Source of the DNA: Vitrella brassicaformis CCMP3155
Taxonomy: Eukaryota > Protista > Chromerida
Assembly (NCBI GenBank): GCA_001179505.1
Contig: CDMY01000405.1
Coordinates: 62,001 to 126,000 of the forward strand
Direction: 5' to 3'
Length of the DNA stretch: 64,000 nucleotides
Shown piece after piece: positions 44,927 to 56,355 of the stretch. Made by a program: the position numbers and the translations under genes. Each line of letters begins with the position of its first letter. Position 1 is the stretch's first letter. Below the pieces are notes generated by a model, which was not told the origin of the DNA, searched no databases, and was given only the letters and a program-made list of their open reading frames with translations.

Positions 44927-47518
44927 ATGACATCCAAGCGGGCATTGTCGCAGCCATCTGGTTCGGCATCATCATTGCAGAAGGCCCGGCGCGTAGAGGG
45001 CGGCAGTTCCGCCGCAGCCGTACTGCACTTCGGCTCATCGCAACTGCGTATCGGGACCAGCGGATACAATGCTGATCACTGGGTCGGCTCGTACTACCAT
45101 GCCGTCCTGGAGAAGGGATCCAAGCAGCAGTTTCAGAAGTACACAGACAGATCCACGCGCACATCACATGCATGTCTGCGTGTCACCCGTGTGTGTGTGC
45201 GCGGTGCGTAGGTATTCTTCCGAGTTCGATTGCGTGGAGATCAACGCCACCTTCTACAATCTCCCAGTCGACAAGACGTGGCGCGGCTGGAAGGTAACCT
45301 CACAGCGCAGCGGCTGCCATGATTCCTTCGTTCGGTGTGAGGGTCCTTCCTTGCCTGATGCACTCACTGCACCTGCATCTCAGGCGCAAGCTCCTCGGGC
45401 GTCCTTCACGTATGTCATCAAGGCCAACCAGTACTTCACGCACACCAAGAAGCTGATTGTGGACGACAACTTCAAGAAGCGGTGGGGGATCTTCTGGGAC
45501 CGCTGTCAGCTGCTGGGAGAGCACCTGGGGCCCATCCTCTTCCAGCTCCCGCCCACATTCAAGTGCAACGCCCAGCGACTAGCTAACCTCTCCACCGTGC
45601 TGCCCAAAGACGGTACGCGAGCAGGCACCTGACACACACAGACAGTGACCGGTCTGTCTCTCTCTCTCTCTGTGTGTGTGTGTGTTGGGTGTGTGGTGTG
45701 CAGGTCGTTTCGTGTTTGAGTTCCGCCACCCGTCGTGGTTTTGCGAGGAGGTGTACCGCGTGCTGCGGGCCCACGACTGGTGCCTGTGTCACATCCACCT
45801 CGTCAACTGCATCAACTCCCTGGACGACAAAAAGAGCAAACAGAAGTGGGCTGGCCATATGCAGGACGGTGAGATGTCATGTCATCTGGCGCATCGCATC
45901 GACCGATCAGAATGTGCGTGTGGTGTTTATTGCAAAACTGTCCCCCTCCCCCTTCAGGTTGGCACCGGCCGCTTGATGCCGACTCGTGCTGCTCCTGGGG
46001 CGTGTACATCTGGCTCCACGGGACGCTGGGGATGTACCTCGGCTGCTACCCTTCGAGCGACCTGCAGGCGGTGGCGAATCGTATGCGGGCCTTCACGAAG
46101 GGGCCCGAGAACCGACATCGCACGACCTACTACATGCTCAACAACACTGACGGGGGGCTGCACACGGCTGACGGGGGCTGCGTGCAGGAGCCCTCTGCGG
46201 TCGTCGACGCGCGAGCCGTCGACGACCTGTTGGCAGGGCGGCAACCCTCCTTTGGGTTGCACCCCCAACAGACCTTCATGCCCGGTGAGTCAGAACCTCG
46301 CCACAACACGGCCACAGATGCGATGCGTGCCTTGCCTTGACCGATCCTGATGCCCACTCCCTTGTGTGTGTGTGTGTGTGTGCTGTGTGTTCAGGTGAGG
46401 ACCTTGAGCTCGCTGAGGCGATTCGCCTGTCGCTGCAGGCAACACACCAACAGGTACACAGGACGGTCTGTCTGTCTGTCTGTGTGTCCGTTGCTCACGT
46501 CAATTCTGCGTGTGTGTCAGGCGCCTGACATAGGTGAGTGCCGCCCTGCCTTGTCTGTCTGATAACTCACTCAGTGTTGCCGACGTGTGTGTGTACGCGG
46601 ATGTGTGTACGCAGCTGAGGAGAAGGAGGACCCTGATCTCGCGAAGGCGCTGCGTTTGTCGCTGCAGGAGACACATGAGCAGGTAAGGTACCCAGCGCGC
46701 GTGTCACACGTACACACATACACATGTCTGTGTGTCTGTCTGTCGTGCGTGTGTATGCCAATGATTGCACTGCATGCGTTGGATGGGATGGCATCCCATG
46801 CAGGCTCTTCCCCCTCCCCCCGACGAGCCCGCGTCTGGCGACCCCACCTGTAGTCTGCAGGTAGGAGGGAGGGAGGCCCAGCCAGCACTTGCCACACCAC
46901 AATATATGTATGGTATCTTCACTCTATGTATGCTGTCAGGTCCGTCTGCCTTGGGGCGCCCGCATCACTCGCAAGTTCGCGCCGTCACACACCATCAAGG
47001 TACGCTCGTAATTGTCGACGGGATGTTGCACACCACACAGACAGACAAATTCATTCCCTCCCTTTCGATCCATCGATGTGCGTGTGCGGGTGTGTCTTGT
47101 CGTGTGTTCGGTGACTGGCTGACAGGACGTGTTCCATTGGGTGGAGTGGGAGCAGCTGGGCGGCATCGATCCCAAACTCAGCCAGAGGGACAGATGGTCA
47201 CTTGTTGCGTTTCCCAGGTCAGCCCACACAGAGGGCGCTGAATAGAGACAGAGAGGGAGAGAGAGTGGACAGACTCATTCTTTCTGCAGGAAGAGATATG
47301 CAAGCGAGAAGGGTCGCCGGATTTTCGCGTACGAAGGCGCCGAGGTGAGCGGCGGCTGACAGCAGCACATCAGCCAGCCAACGTTTGTGTGCCTGATAGA
47401 TGTGGAGTGTGGTGTGGTGTGGTGTGTGTGCGCGCAGGACCTCGTGTCTGACGTGTCGGATTCCACGCTGCAGTCGCTGGGTTTCCAGACGCAGGAGACT
47501 CTCAACCTGCAACCATGA
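44927..47518 (+). CDS. DUF72 (UPF0759/YecE-like) domain fused to two UIMs and a C-terminal UBX domain
   Basis: DUF72 motifs: RIGTSGY, FDCVEINATFY, YVIKANQYFTH, LGPILFQLPP, FVFEFRHPSW, YIWLHG and YYMLNN. In-frame downstream exons: 46395-46453 (EDLELAEAIRLSL), 46521-46533, 46615-46682 (EDPDLAKALRLSL), 46804-46860, 46940-46999 (VRLPWGARITRKF), 47126-47217 (DVFHWV...VAFPR), 47290-47344 and 47438-47518 (STLQSLGF...*). Alternative ATG at 44837. Confidence 0.85.
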
Positions 47519-47910
47519 TTGATCAAGCTGCCTTCCTGCCTGCCTGGCTACGTGTGTGCGGACTACCACTGTGTGTCTGTGTGTGTATATATGTTTCTCC
47601 AACAGACAGACAGACAGACAGACATCGATGTGATGGGCATGCGGAGAGTGCGTGTCATTAACCAGCCTGTGGTGGATGGGGGGAGATGGATGTCCGATCT
47701 TGAGAGAGCATGGAAGCTTCAACTAACGGACGGCACCAGGCACCACACCCCTTCCATCCATCCATCCATGCATTCACGTAAGCACACACACACCCACAGC
47801 CACATGTACCCTCCCCTTTCAGTCGTTGGTGTTGGATGCTACATCAGCCCACGATCCGTCAGTCAGTCAGTCGTTCGCTCACTCACTCATTCCCCCATCC
47901 ACTCGGTCAG

Positions 47911-50210
47911 TCACAGTCTGGTCTCCCTGCCCTTAGCTTTTGCCCCTCTGCCCAGCCCAACCCCATCCTGCAGAGACGCCCTCGCCGCCCCCTGCTTCTG
48001 ACGCTCACGCTGACCCTCCCGCAGATAGCCCGTCGACCGCTTGGCCGGCGGACCGGGCCCACGCCCCACGCTGGGGGGGGCCACTGGGGACTGTTGCTGC
48101 TGCTGCTGCTGCTCGTCGTCAGATTCACGCAGAGAGGGGGGTGACGGGAGACATATGTCCATCCCACTGCTGCTGCTGCTGGTGTTGTTGGTGTTGTTGT
48201 GGTGGTCTTCTTGCCCGGGGCCCCCACCTCCACCTCGCCCCCCTCCCCCGGCAGTGTCAGGGCTGATATCATCGCTCTTGCGTTTGTTGGACGACGGGTG
48301 CTCGATCATCGAGGCCAATGGGCGTCTCTGCGGCGTCAGCTGGTGCTCCCTCCGTGCTTTGCGATTGGCCCTGCCCCTGGCCACCCCACTGACGCGAGGC
48401 GGTGCCACAGACTGCCGCGGGTGGCCCCGGCCCCCCATTATCTTGCCCATGAGTCCCCCCGCTCCGGTCTTCCTCTTTTTGCTGTTGATGGACAGGCGGC
48501 GCATGCCCTTGGCTGGTATGCTCTCCTCGTCGCTGGTCTCCTGCGACCGGGGCTGCTGCTGCTGCTGCTGGCGGTGGGGATGGGGGTGTTGGTCGCCACT
48601 CTGGTCAGGGGGTGGCATGGCAGTGTTGGTGTTGCGCGGAGGGGCTGTGTTGGCCGGGGCGACGGGCGGCGCCACAGGCGGGGAGATCACCTGATGCATC
48701 CAAAAGAAGAGAGACAGCGGTGTGTTTCGGTGGGTTCTGCTATGTGTGTGCGTCGGTGGCTGCGTACGGGCGTGTACCTGTAGTTGCAGGTCCATGTCGG
48801 GCATCGATATGCCGAACGACTCCAACGTCAAACGATCATGCTCAGACACTAGCGCACGATTAGCAGGGTCATCCTGACACGGACGCACACGCACAACGAG
48901 CCAATGCTCACCAAACCCCATACATACGGAACACGGAGCAGCATCTCTCTCAATGCTTTCAGAGCTTACACGCAGGATGGTCTCCATATTCCATGAAGTC
49001 TTGTCGGTGTCGGGTCTGACCACCTCCGCAAACAAAGACTCCAACGCCTCCAGTTGCTGGCGTGGGCAGGGCAGGGCACGGCAGCCTTCATGGTTGTTGA
49101 CGGATGGGATGGCTGGGGTGGGTGCGCTACCTACCTTGATGAGCATGGCTGTGAGTTGGCTCGACGCGAACTTGACAGTCCGGCCTGACATGTAGTCAAG
49201 AAACCTGCACAAATATCACATCACACCACACCCACATGGCATGTGATGGCATATATGTGAGGCCTGGTCTTTCTCTCCATCTCATCTCACGTGGTGACGT
49301 GGCGGACGGCGTCGATATCAGTGAGGTCATCCCCCACGCCAATGAGTGTCATGAACCGGCCCCTCGGAAACATCCGGATCTCCTCACCCACTACCAACGC
49401 CTGCACACACACACACACACACCATGCACTCATTGCATTCCACCCACATCCATCCTTTCTGTCTGTCTGTCTGTCTGTAGGTCTCTCCTTCTGTCCCTTG
49501 TGTGATATCTATCACCCCCACACACAGCCCCACCTTCCCCCCCACCGCTCTCTCACCTTCCACAGATCGGGGTGCCGCCACTGCCGCTTCCTGACCGACG
49601 CGTGCACCACGTCGATGCCGCACTCGTCCACAACACGGTGCATCTCGGGGAAGTGCCTCAACACACTCTTATCCCACGCCCTCTCACTCAAGTTAGTCAC
49701 CGCCACCACCTTGCCAGCCCGCCCCGCCCCACACAGGATCCGACACATGGCGCCATCCAGCCGACGGGCAGCCGTGGCGGCCGCGTCGGCATCTGCAATG
49801 CCCTCCGGGTGGCTGAGGACGCCGTCCCAGTTGAAGAAGATGAAGGTGCCGGACTGCTTGCAGGGGGTGAAGGTCTGTTCGGGCTCTCCTCCCAGGGCGC
49901 GTCCTTGGTCGTAGCGGAATGCCTTGACGTTCTTCCGCCTGCGCTGCTTCGCATGGAAGGACTGCTCCTGCTCGTGATGCTGGGTGTGGCGGGGAGGGGC
50001 GGAGTGGGCCTGGCCGGTGGGGCGGGGCTTGGGCGGCGCCTGCGGTCTGTCGGACGAGCTGCCATCATGATCATTGTGTTGGTGCTCCAGTGCATCAGAC
50101 GGCTTGGAGGGGGAGAGATCTCGACCTTCAGGCCCATCCACGCCACTGTCCGATGGCAGGCATATCGCCTTCTTCGACGGTGAAAAGAAGAACGAAAACA
50201 TCCCGGCCAT
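47911..50210 (-). CDS. HAD-like superfamily protein (alveolate/protist type) with low-complexity C-terminal tail
   Basis: TFIFFNWDGVL (motif I region), VVAVTNLSERAW (motif II), PDLWK (motif III Lys) and LIGVGDDLTDI (motif IV), followed by a TVKF segment. Confidence 0.7.
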
Positions 50211-50304
50211 CCCTTATCTTTGGCCGATTGCGGCCGGGTCACTGCGAGCTTTTACCAGATCTGAGTCCTTCTTTTCTGACATCTCCCGGCATCAGGGCAT
50301 TAGG

Positions 50305-53300
50305 ATGGGTCAGAGTCAGTCGGATATTGGCGAGATCGTGGGCTTCGAGACGCTGCAGAAGCTCACGGAGCCCGCACAAATGCCTATCGATGACCACGTG
50401 TGGCTGGAGCTCCTCAAAGGTGCGCTGCGCACACAGACAGACACACAGACAGATACACGACGCCTGAGAGCCATGGCGCACACCAGACGCAGGCAGACAC
50501 ACTGTTTGTTGTGTGTGTGTGTCTGTGTGTTTGTGCTTGTTTTGTGTCACTCAGTGCGTGTGCCGCCCCTGCAGCCCGTGGATCTGGACAACATGATCCG
50601 GCACGCCATGTTCCTCAAATTCAGTACGTAAACAGCAAGACAAACAAAAGAAACACGGAGCGAGCAGGGCAGGGCCTGCAGTCTGGGACCATGCGTGTGT
50701 GTGTGTGTGTCTGTGGTCCGTTCATTCAGTCACGACGAATGAGGTGTCGGGGAACTTCCGGAACTTCCTGCGCTTCCTGACACGACTGCTCACTGGTGGG
50801 AGGGGAGGGGGAGAGGACGCAGCCACAGAATCCCATCCACAGACAGATCTATGGGCAAACGGAACGGACCCTTTCCCTCTCTTGTCCCTCCCTGCTTCAT
50901 TCAGCCTTCCGCAACAGCAACCCCGACGCCCTGCCCTGCTCCCCCACCTCCCTGGCCTCGCTGGCCCTCATCGCTCGTGTGCTCCTCAAGCAGTTTGTCG
51001 AGGCCTACACCGCACCAGAGCTGCTCTACCACCTCGAGCACGTCCCCCAACACACTCATATGCACACACACGCACAACCACCACCAGCAACATCGACATC
51101 AACATCATCAGCAGCCCATTCGACCACACACAAGTACGATCCGCAGGGCGGCGTCTTCACGTCAGACGAGGAGCGGGAGATGGGGGTGGGGGGGCGGCGG
51201 TGCGAGGTGGTGCCTGATGGGTGCATCAAGGTCACCTACAGGGGCAAACACGCGGTCGTCATCAGTGTGGAGAGGCCGGAGGGGCAGCGGCAGGAGGAGC
51301 AGACGACAGAACACATGGCGGAATACATCAAGTGAGAAAGATCTCTAGCCACACAGCACAGCATGGGTGTGGTGTGGTGTGTGGTGTGGTGTGTGTGTCA
51401 GAGGTCAGGTGGTCGAGTGGTTCGTCAATGACTTCCCAGAGGACGCCGACATCCTCACAAACAGGTAGGTCACGACAGACACCTGCACACTGGCAAGGCA
51501 ACGCCCTTCTCTCTCCCACGACGTAATCTCTCACCACCTCGTCCTTTACATTACAGGGGTTTCGTGTTCCGCGAGCCGACTGCGGGCATCCTGACGGGCT
51601 ACGACCTCGCCATCCGCATGGGCACCGCTACCGTCACACCCGCTGCCGCCAGCAGCAGTGACACCCAGGGGCCCACCACCAGCAGCAGCAGCAGCAGTGA
51701 GGAGGGGCCGGCCGAGCTGGGCAGGACCGTCGCAGTCATACCCAATGGCGTTCCGCGCAACAACTCCATCCTCGTCAACCTTTTCTTAGAGGTGGGTGGC
51801 TGGCTGGATGGGTCGGTGGCTGAGCTGACTTGACAACTCCTCTGTATGTTGGGGTGTGTGTGTGTCTGTGTCAGATCTGCGAGTTCTGCGTGACCACCCA
51901 AGTCGACTTCTACGGCCACGCTGAGGTCTTGCGCGTGCAGACGATCCTGCTGGAGGTCCTGCTGACGCTCTTCGCCGTCATCTGCCCTGACTTCGAGCAT
52001 ACGGCCAGGGAGGCCATGATGCAAGACGATTCCCAACGCGACAAGGCCAAGGCCTGCACCAGCGACGCATCGACGTCCGCCAGCACCTGCACCACCGTCA
52101 GTGACGGCAGCAGTGATGGAGGGGGCGGGGCGGGTGGTGGTGTCGTCAACACGGAGAAGGAGAGAGAGAGGGAGAAGGGTGGAGGAGCTGCTGAGGGTGC
52201 GGCGGCGAGGGAGGAGGATGTGGGCAGCCCGTTACCGCCGATATCGTCTAAGGCGGCCCACAGCGCCCCCCTCTACTACATCTACCTGCAGTCACAACAG
52301 CCACACCCTCAAGTCAGTCAGAGCGACCAGACCAGAGCGCCCAGCAAACCCCCTCCATCCAGTGCCATCCCGTGTGTGTGTGTTGGCTGTTGCTTGGTTT
52401 GAACAGATCATGTGCCCCATGACGACGGCGTACCCCCTTGAGCCCTACCTGCTGTTCCTTGATGCCTTCCTGGAGGCGCTGGGTGCCGGTGTGCAGCCGT
52501 CCAAGAGCCCCCTCCATCGCAGCAGCGTGGCCATGAACCACCATGCTGCTGAGGGCGGCATGAACGACGCCCCAGGGCCGCCACAGGTGGTCCGCAGGGA
52601 GGGGCCCAGGGTGCTGGGACCGTCACTCTCCGCTGGTGAGTCGAGAGAACACACCTCAACAAACACAACAGACAGAGACCTGAGATGGGATGATTGGGCG
52701 ATGTCACTGCCTGCCGCAGAGTTCCTGACGTATTTGCTCAACACGCTGACGCTCAAGGGGCCCCCCAACGAGTCGTCGAGTAACCCCGCCCTCATCCCCA
52801 AGGCCCTCTTCTACCGCAGCCTCTCCATACTCATGCTCACCAACTTCTACAAGGCCTACCACCACACACACAGCCAACCCAATGCCACGGTGCAGCCCCC
52901 CACCAGCACCCAGCCCCCCCAGCTACGCGGCAACCCCTGTGTGGAGGCGTTTGCGGCCGTCTGCGACCCGCGCTATGTGCTGGAGGAGCCGCAGGGAGGG
53001 GAGGGTGGCGAGATGCCGCCAGTGAGGTGTCTGCCGCTGGACTTCCCCGGCCTCTTGGCGGTGGTGTGCAGCGATCGGCTGCAAGAGCACCTGTTTGCGG
53101 TGCTGCTCTACGCCCTGGTGTACCGGAATCGCACTTTTCGGCTGTTCCTTCTCTCCCAGACAGAGCCAGAGAGGTGAGTGAGGTCAGTGAGGTGTGCGAC
53201 AGCGCTTCCCTTCCTGTGTGTGTGTGTGTGTGTGCCCGCACAGGACGCTTCTGCCGATTCTCGACATTCTCTACCGACTCCCCTCTCTGTGTGGCGGCAG

Positions 53301-55501
53301 CTACCCTGCATTGGGTGCTAAGGCAACCGGCCGTGCGGACGAGGTAGCTGAGGAGGAGGGCAAGCCGGTGCACCCGTCGTGCTACCCCGCGCCGCCCGCC
53401 GCCACGGTGCTACTGCTGGTGCTCCTCATACTCAGCAAGGACAAACACCTCTGCGAAGCCATGCACAAAACGGTCAGTCAGTCAGTCAGTCGGGTCGGCG
53501 GTAGAGGCTGGGTTGGCCACACCTTCATTGGTGTGTTGGTGTGCTTGTTTCTATCAATCAGAGTGTCGAGTGGCAGCGTTGGTTTGACCACAATGGGTTG
53601 AAGGCCCTCACCCTCGGCAGCCTCGTCGTCGTCACAGTCCTGCGACTGGCGCACTGGTGGGTGGGAACAAACTAAGCAATCTATCAAGCGGGCGACGTGC
53701 CTTTATGTGAATCCATCCTTTGTGTCAGGAACTTCGGGCACAGCCGCGACTCGTTTCTGCACGACATCATCGCAGCCATCGTCACCAACCTCGCACCCAC
53801 ACTCGAACACCTCAACTGGTATCTATCTCGGCAGGCACAAACAAACCGGCAGGCAGGCCACACAAGCCAAGCAATGGACACGCAATGCTCTTCTCACTGT
53901 GTGCTCCCTCCCTCCCCTCATTCAGGTATGCCTCTGACCGTCTGCTGGACTTCGTGTCTCTGCTGGCCCGCAGCTACACCAGGCAGGTGTCACAGGCGCT
54001 GAGGGAGGTGCGCAGCATGGCCAAGGAGCACCAGAACCAGCAGCAGCAGCAGGCGGCCGCGTCTGGTGGTGGTGGTGGTGGCGAGGAGGGCGGCGCAGCG
54101 CCAGTCAGCCCCCAGACGCCCAGCATCGGCAGCAACACATCCATCACCAACGCTGCCAAGCCAGTACAACGAAGCAAATCATCGCAGATATCGCAACCCG
54201 ACCCCAAGGCACGTCCAAACGCACACGCCCAACACGCCACAACACCCACTCACTTTTCTGTCCTCTCCTTCCACCCCACCCCACCAGGCCGTGAGTGTGC
54301 TGCTACGGGGCGGTCTGAGTCTCCTGTGCGGCGCCCTGGTGCCCCCCCGCATCGCCCGCAACGTCCACCTGCTCTACGCAGTGGTGCGGGCATACCCGTC
54401 CTCGCTCCAGTCGCTCGAGAGGAAGCTGTCCGATCTCCAGGACGCGCTTGCCGATGTGTCCCGGCTGTTTGCCGACCCGCAGGAGGACGGCGGCCGGCTG
54501 GCCAAGGAGTATGGGCGGCTGAGCGAGGTGCTCGCCGGGGCTGACTTGGAGGCCTGGCGGGATAGGAGCGCACTGCTGTCGCAGCTAGAGTACCTGAGAG
54601 AGGTGAGTGAGAGGGAGAGAGATGTGTGTGGTGTAGGGGAGAGGGAGAGGGAGAGGGAGCGGTGTGTGACGATGTGGGTGTGGTGTGGTGTGTGCAGTTG
54701 GTGGAGTACTGCCACCGTCAGTGTCTGTGGGAGAGTCAGGAAGACAACGAAGACGAAGACCTCTCCGTAAGGCCTAGGCGACACCCACACATGTCTTGGA
54801 GCATCGCATACACACATCGATGGACGGATGGATGGATGGATGGCTGCCTGCAGGTGGAGAGCAACCTGCGTCAGTTGGAAGAGGTGGCCCTCAAGGTGCC
54901 GTCGAAGCGCCCCACCGCTCCATCCACACCCCTTCTCAACAACAAGACACCCACCATACACCACTCCCCTCAGTCGCACACTCCCCCCCAGACAAACACC
55001 ACTGACGCCCCAGCGGCCCCCCCACCGAACCCCCCACAGATCGCCAGCCTGCCGCCGGCCCCAGCCACGGCGGCCACCTCGGCTGCTGTCGCCCTTGAGT
55101 CCGGGCTCATGTATCCCGGCGTCATTGGTGTGAGCGGCTTCAGTGGCCAGGAGGGCGACAAAGGGAGGGAGAGCAGCTCTGCTAGTGCTGCAGGGGTGGG
55201 GGGCGGTGGTGATGAGAAGGAGTCGGAGAGGCTCGTGCTGCCGCCTGACCCGTCGCTTGTCGAGGTGAGCAGCGAGAGGGAGAGGGAGGGAGAGTATTGG
55301 CGACCGTTCAGTGCATCCATCGATTGTGTTGTGTTGTGTTGTGTGGTGTTGTGTGTCATCCATCAGATATGTAGTCCTGGTGTCGAGTACGGCTACCGTG
55401 AGACCCACGAGACGCCCAGCTATTTTTTGCCGCTGATATGGAAGACCATCTTCTACCTGCAGCCGGACCACCTCTGCTGGGAGAAGGAAGCACTCGTGTG
55501 A
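50305..55501 (+). CDS. DYM: Dymeclin (Golgi; N-myristoylation-type start)
   Basis: MGQSQS start, DDHVWLELL, SGNFRNFL, LLYALVYRNRTFRLFLLSQTEPE|RTLLPILDILY, LLVLLILSKD, RDSFLHDIIAAIVTNLA, ASDRLL, NVHLLYAV and YGYRETHETPSYFLPLIW. Confidence 0.9.
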
Positions 55502-56355
55502 TCGATCTAGTCAGACAGCAGCCAGCCAGCCTGTGCATACCAGGGAGGGAGAGAATTAGAGAGGAGGGCGGGGGAGGGAGGGGAGGGGGCGATCGAGGGA
55601 GCGTGGTGCCCCTCTGCTCTGCTCGTACGTGGGGGTGGGGGGTGGGTGGGCGGCATCTGACTGACTGCCTGCCTGCCTGTCTCGCTGTTTAGACGTTTGC
55701 GAACTTGGTGTGTGTCTGGATAATAAGAATACCTGCCGTGCATTTTCGCCCACCGCATGGCACACACTTACTTTCTGCTGCGGCTTCTCTCCCTCTGCCT
55801 GTCTGTCTGTCTGTCTGTCGGTGGATTGCCTCCCGAGCTGTTGACAGGGTCTCTGTCTGTCCTTCCTGTCTTGACGGGTCCATACGCTAGGGTGGAGTGT
55901 GGGGCCAGCTAGCCATCTGCCCCACCGATGTCACCCCGCCCAGCCATGTGGGCGCTCAGAGACAGGGAGGGACAGACAGGACACCACCCCCCATCCATGC
56001 AGCCTACCGAGAGAGGGAGGGCAAGTCTGTGTGTGTGTGTGTGATTGAGTGATGTGGATGCTGCTGTGCGTGCGCCTGCTTTATTTCATGTGCTTAGGCA
56101 GGCGTCTGGCGGGGAGAGCGCACCACACCTCATTCCGCCAACACGGAAAGACGGTGTGGTGCGGCTTTTCTTCCAGACCTCTGCCAAATCACACGAAAAG
56201 GCCGCAGTTGCACAGCGATTGACGTCCAGACGGACGTTTGACGTTGTGTTTGTTGTGATAATAATTCAAGTACATCCCCTCCTTATACGAGCCTTTACTC
56301 GTACGTCAGTCACATGGGTTCCTCCCCCTTCCCTCCATCCGACCAAGTAGGTCTC

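Noticed and set aside
44809-44928. Minus-strand MARSGF...KLRR-TGA, considered as selenocysteine or readthrough into the RING gene
   Set aside because: The downstream frame does not join the main RING-gene ORF through any splice I could find, and no SECIS could be supported.
54374-55471. 365-aa minus-strand ORF
   Set aside because: Antisense to dymeclin exons and introns.
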